From IMG/VR virus record IMGVR_UViG_3300045988_158152: 16,581 bases of DNA; one strand, written 5' to 3'. Positions 14,477 to 16,581 of this stretch are shown one piece after another. Position 1 is the first letter of the stretch; the number at the start of each line of letters is the position of its first letter. The stretch is from a virus. Both the position numbers and the translations under genes were made by a program. The notes beneath the pieces were generated by a model. The model was not told the origin of the DNA and did no database searches. It was given only the letters and a program-made list of their open reading frames with translations.

Positions 14477-14935
14477 ATGAAAAATATGGAAATAGCAATA
14501 CACAGCGGACTTACACTTTTACTTACATGGATAACGGCAGAAACGCAAGCTATATTTCCGGTCATGGTTATACTTTTGTGTTGCATGGTTGTGGACTTTA
14601 TTAGTGGCTGTGCTAACAATGCGGAAAAAGAAGGACTGAGTTCTAAGGCGGGTGTGAAGGGAATTATTAAAAAAGTTGGATATTTATGCGTGATAATGGT
14701 GGCTATGTTTTTTGATTACATTATCATGTATGCGCTGTCAATCATGGGACTGAAATATGAGATTACGATGTTCTTTGGATTGCTGGTGACTGTGTGGTTT
14801 ATCTTAAATGAGTTACTCAGCATTCTGGAAAACGTTGCTGGTTTGGGAGTTCCGATTCCTGACTTTTTAACGCACTATGTAAAAGACGTGAGAGGTAAGA
14901 TTAATAAAAAAGGGGAGGAAAATGTTCATGATTAA
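14477..14935 (+). CDS. Holin (phage_holin_4_1 / TcdE-like family), 152 aa
   Basis: Multiple hydrophobic segments, plus the family-typical C-terminal motif NELLSILENVAGLGVPIPDFL and the VVDFISGC motif. GAGAGGA SD 8 nt upstream. Located directly before the endolysin gene. Confidence 0.85.
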   Translation: MKNMEIAIHSGLTLLLTWITAETQAIFPVMVILLCCMVVDFISGCANNAEKEGLSSKAGVKGIIKKVGYLCVIMVAMFFDYIIMYALSIMGLKYEITMFFGLLVTVWFILNELLSILENVAGLGVPIPDFLTHYVKDVRGKINKKGEENVHD

Positions 14936-15779
14936 AGGTGTGGATTTAAGTGCGTTCCAAACTGATATAGACTGGGACAAGGCTCATGGGAGTATAGATT
15001 ACGCAATTTTAAGAAGTACAACAAAAAATAATAAACCGGACTCTCAGTTTATGAATCATGCGGCTAGTTGTAAAACATATGGAATTCCGTTTGACGTGTA
15101 TAAATACATGTACGCAACAAACCAAAATGAAGCGTATGAAGAAGTGATAAGCGTTATAAAACTTCTTTCAGGAATTTATAAAGATAGTGTGAATATAATT
15201 TTTCTTGATGTGGAAGATAATAGCTTACGCAATTTAGGTTCTGAAAAGTTGACTAATCTTATTTGCTATGAAGCTAACATGATTAAAGAAGCTGGTTTAA
15301 AGTTTGGTTTGTATACAGGAATGTCTTTCTGGAATGAACATAATTTCAACCATGAAGAAGTGCTAAAATTACAGCCTATTGTTTGGGCGGCGAGATATCC
15401 TCACGATAATAAAATAAATTCTTATCCGATTGAGGAAGATATTCCTGTGGGAAGTTTGAATCCGAATTTACCGAATCAGATAGGTTGGCAGTATACTAGT
15501 AAGGGTTTTGTCGATGGAATTAAGCAGAAAGTTGACCTTAACGCGTTTGACGAAAGCATTTTAAATTTGCATCCAAAAGAATTATATGAACTGTTTTTGA
15601 ATGATGTATTTAACGGTGAGAGTATCAGCAAGGCCTTAGAGAGTATAGGTTTCGATGGAAGTTATGAGTATAGGAAAAAGATTGCGGCTGTTAATGGAAT
15701 TATTGATTACAAGGGAACGACTTACCAGAATGAGCTTATGCTTAATTTGCTTAGGGCTGGAATTTTAATTAAGCCTTAA
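14922..15779 (+). CDS. Endolysin: GH25 muramidase plus an unassigned C-terminal domain of about 75 aa, 285 aa total
   Basis: GH25 hallmarks: IKGVDLSAFQTDIDWDKA, IDYAILRS, FLDVED and GWQYTSKGFVDGIKQKVDLNAF. GGGGAGGAAA SD. The start overlaps the holin 3' end by 14 nt. Confidence 0.9.
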   Translation: MFMIKGVDLSAFQTDIDWDKAHGSIDYAILRSTTKNNKPDSQFMNHAASCKTYGIPFDVYKYMYATNQNEAYEEVISVIKLLSGIYKDSVNIIFLDVEDNSLRNLGSEKLTNLICYEANMIKEAGLKFGLYTGMSFWNEHNFNHEEVLKLQPIVWAARYPHDNKINSYPIEEDIPVGSLNPNLPNQIGWQYTSKGFVDGIKQKVDLNAFDESILNLHPKELYELFLNDVFNGESISKALESIGFDGSYEYRKKIAAVNGIIDYKGTTYQNELMLNLLRAGILIKP

Positions 15780-15789
15780 AACGGAAGAA

Positions 15790-15814
15790 CGGTGGAACCG
15801 TTATGGTTCCACCG
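15790..15814. terminator. Bidirectional rho-independent terminator between the convergent late and right-early operons
   Basis: CGGTGGAACC (15790..15799), loop GTTAT, GGTTCCACCG (15805..15814), a 10-bp GC-rich stem. On the plus strand it is followed by CCTTGTTGC, a weak U-tract. On the minus strand it is followed by TTCTTCCGTTTT. Confidence 0.7.
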
Positions 15815-15822
15815 CCTTGTTG

Positions 15823-15975
15823 CTAATAGCGTGATTTCTTATGGACGTTTACTTTCAGGTTTGTTATTGATTGTGCGATTGAAAACAAACCTACTGCGAT
15901 TAGTACATTCGTGTCTCCTGAGTAAATGAAGAGTGCAAGGGAGATTACTATTAGTACGTAGTTTAATACTATCAT
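15823..15975 (-). CDS. Small membrane protein with two hydrophobic segments, 50 aa (MIVLNYVLIVISLALFIYSGDTNVLIAVGLFSIAQSITNLKVNVHKKSRY)
   Basis: Hand-translated and not in the ORF track. Strong AAAGGAGGTGA SD 6 nt upstream of the ATG at 15975. It ends 8 nt before the terminator hairpin. It replaces the SD-less GTG ORF 15839..16021, which is in another frame. Confidence 0.65.
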   Translation of the reverse strand: MIVLNYVLIVISLALFIYSGDTNVLIAVGLFSIAQSITNLKVNVHKKSRY

Positions 15976-16038
15976 GTGTGTTCACCTCCTTTATTCTGGA
16001 TTGAAGGTTTGACCATCCCACCTACAAGGAATTTAGAG

Positions 16039-16242
16039 TTAACATAAATTAAGTTCACGCGGGTGTTCATTCATAAAACGAACTGTTTCAGTGTTTAGGA
16101 TGATTGATTCTTCATGTGTTATTGCTCCTAGTTCTCTTGCCATAATTGCTTTACCGTGAACTTCATAAAAGAGACATTTTGAATTGCTATTCTGCGCGTA
16201 TTTTGCTTCATGCATTAATTGTTCGAATATTGTTCTTCTCAT
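16039..16242 (-). CDS. Right-end early hypothetical protein, 67 aa
   Basis: ORF track. The ATG overlaps the upstream stop (ATGA), which suggests translational coupling. No motif recognised. Confidence 0.65.
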   Translation of the reverse strand: MRRTIFEQLMHEAKYAQNSNSKCLFYEVHGKAIMARELGAITHEESIILNTETVRFMNEHPRELNLC

Positions 16243-16442
16243 AAATTTCTCTCATTTTCTGTTTCCTTAAGTGCAATGTAATTATCGTGAAATCTTATAA
16301 CTGCATAATCTCCGTACTTAACTGACACATCAATAAGCTTCATTTGTGAATAAATCTGTAAATGCAAGAACTGAACATTAAGTTCTGTGTCTAAATTCCA
16401 GTTATCATTGCTGTCTAAAAGTTCGCTACATTTAATCATCAT
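16239..16442 (-). CDS. Right-end early hypothetical protein, 67 aa (MMIKCSELLDSNDNWNLD...)
   Basis: The ORF-track start at 16463 is a GTG inside the 5' leader. The mirrored ITR SD GAGAGGGAA and ATGATG put the real start at 16442 or 16439. Confidence 0.7.
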   Translation of the reverse strand: MMIKCSELLDSNDNWNLDTELNVQFLHLQIYSQMKLIDVSVKYGDYAVIRFHDNYIALKETENERNL

Positions 16443-16581
16443 TTCCCTCTCTTTCTGAGTCACTATATATTTGTTACTATAATCATTATAGCATAGTGTG
16501 CTGGAAAATGCAAGCTTTATTTTTCGATGGAGGACGGGGATTTTGGTTTTCCAAAGTGCATGTTTTGGGGCCGCGACCCCC
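16437..16581. repeat. Right inverted terminal repeat (ITR-R), 145 bp
   Basis: Exact reverse complement of 1..145, compared base by base. Confidence 0.95.
16485..16513 (-). promoter_or_regulatory. Mirror copy of the ITR promoter, driving the right-end operon leftwards
   Basis: Reverse complement of 69..97. attata at 16485..16490 is TATAAT on the minus strand; atgcaa at 16508..16513 is TTGCAT. Confidence 0.75.

Noticed and set aside
15839-16021. 60-aa minus-strand ORF from the ORF track (GTG start).
   Set aside because: It has no SD and an odd composition. A different frame in the same region (15975..15823) has a consensus SD, an ATG start and a coherent two-segment hydrophobic product.
1-16581. 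CRISPR arrays, integrase or lysogeny module, transposase or IS elements, and defence systems.
   Set aside because: There are no direct-repeat/spacer arrays. No ORF carries recombinase, transposase or repressor motifs. Every ORF above 100 aa is accounted for by a phage replication, morphogenesis or lysis function.

Overview
The window appears to be a complete linear genome (16,581 bp) of a small phi29-family, protein-primed podophage that infects a low-GC Gram-positive host. AGGAGG-type ribosome-binding sites, sigma-A-type promoters, a GH25 endolysin and a holin support that host assignment. The window is bounded by perfect 145-bp inverted terminal repeats (ITRs: 1..145 and 16437..16581). Each ITR carries an inward-facing near-consensus promoter, a Shine-Dalgarno (SD) site and an ATGATG start.

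Layout:
- Left early operon of five small ORFans (140..1253), ending in a terminator.
- A second promoter driving a 70-aa protein, the terminal protein and the family-B DNA polymerase (1358..4080).
- A third promoter driving p6-like and p5-like DNA-binding proteins (4156..4853).
- Packaging ATPase (4925..5980).
- A structured 160-nt non-coding gap with its own promoter, proposed here as a candidate packaging RNA (pRNA).
- Late genes: scaffold, major capsid with a BIG2 domain, tail knob, portal/upper collar, lower collar, a coiled-coil appendage protein and two paralogous fibre genes.
- Lysis genes: tail lysin, holin and GH25 endolysin.
- A bidirectional terminator, then a three-gene right-end early operon on the minus strand.

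No integrase, tRNA or CRISPR array was seen. Homology calls rest on motif recognition and on phi29 protein sequences recalled from memory; no database search was run.
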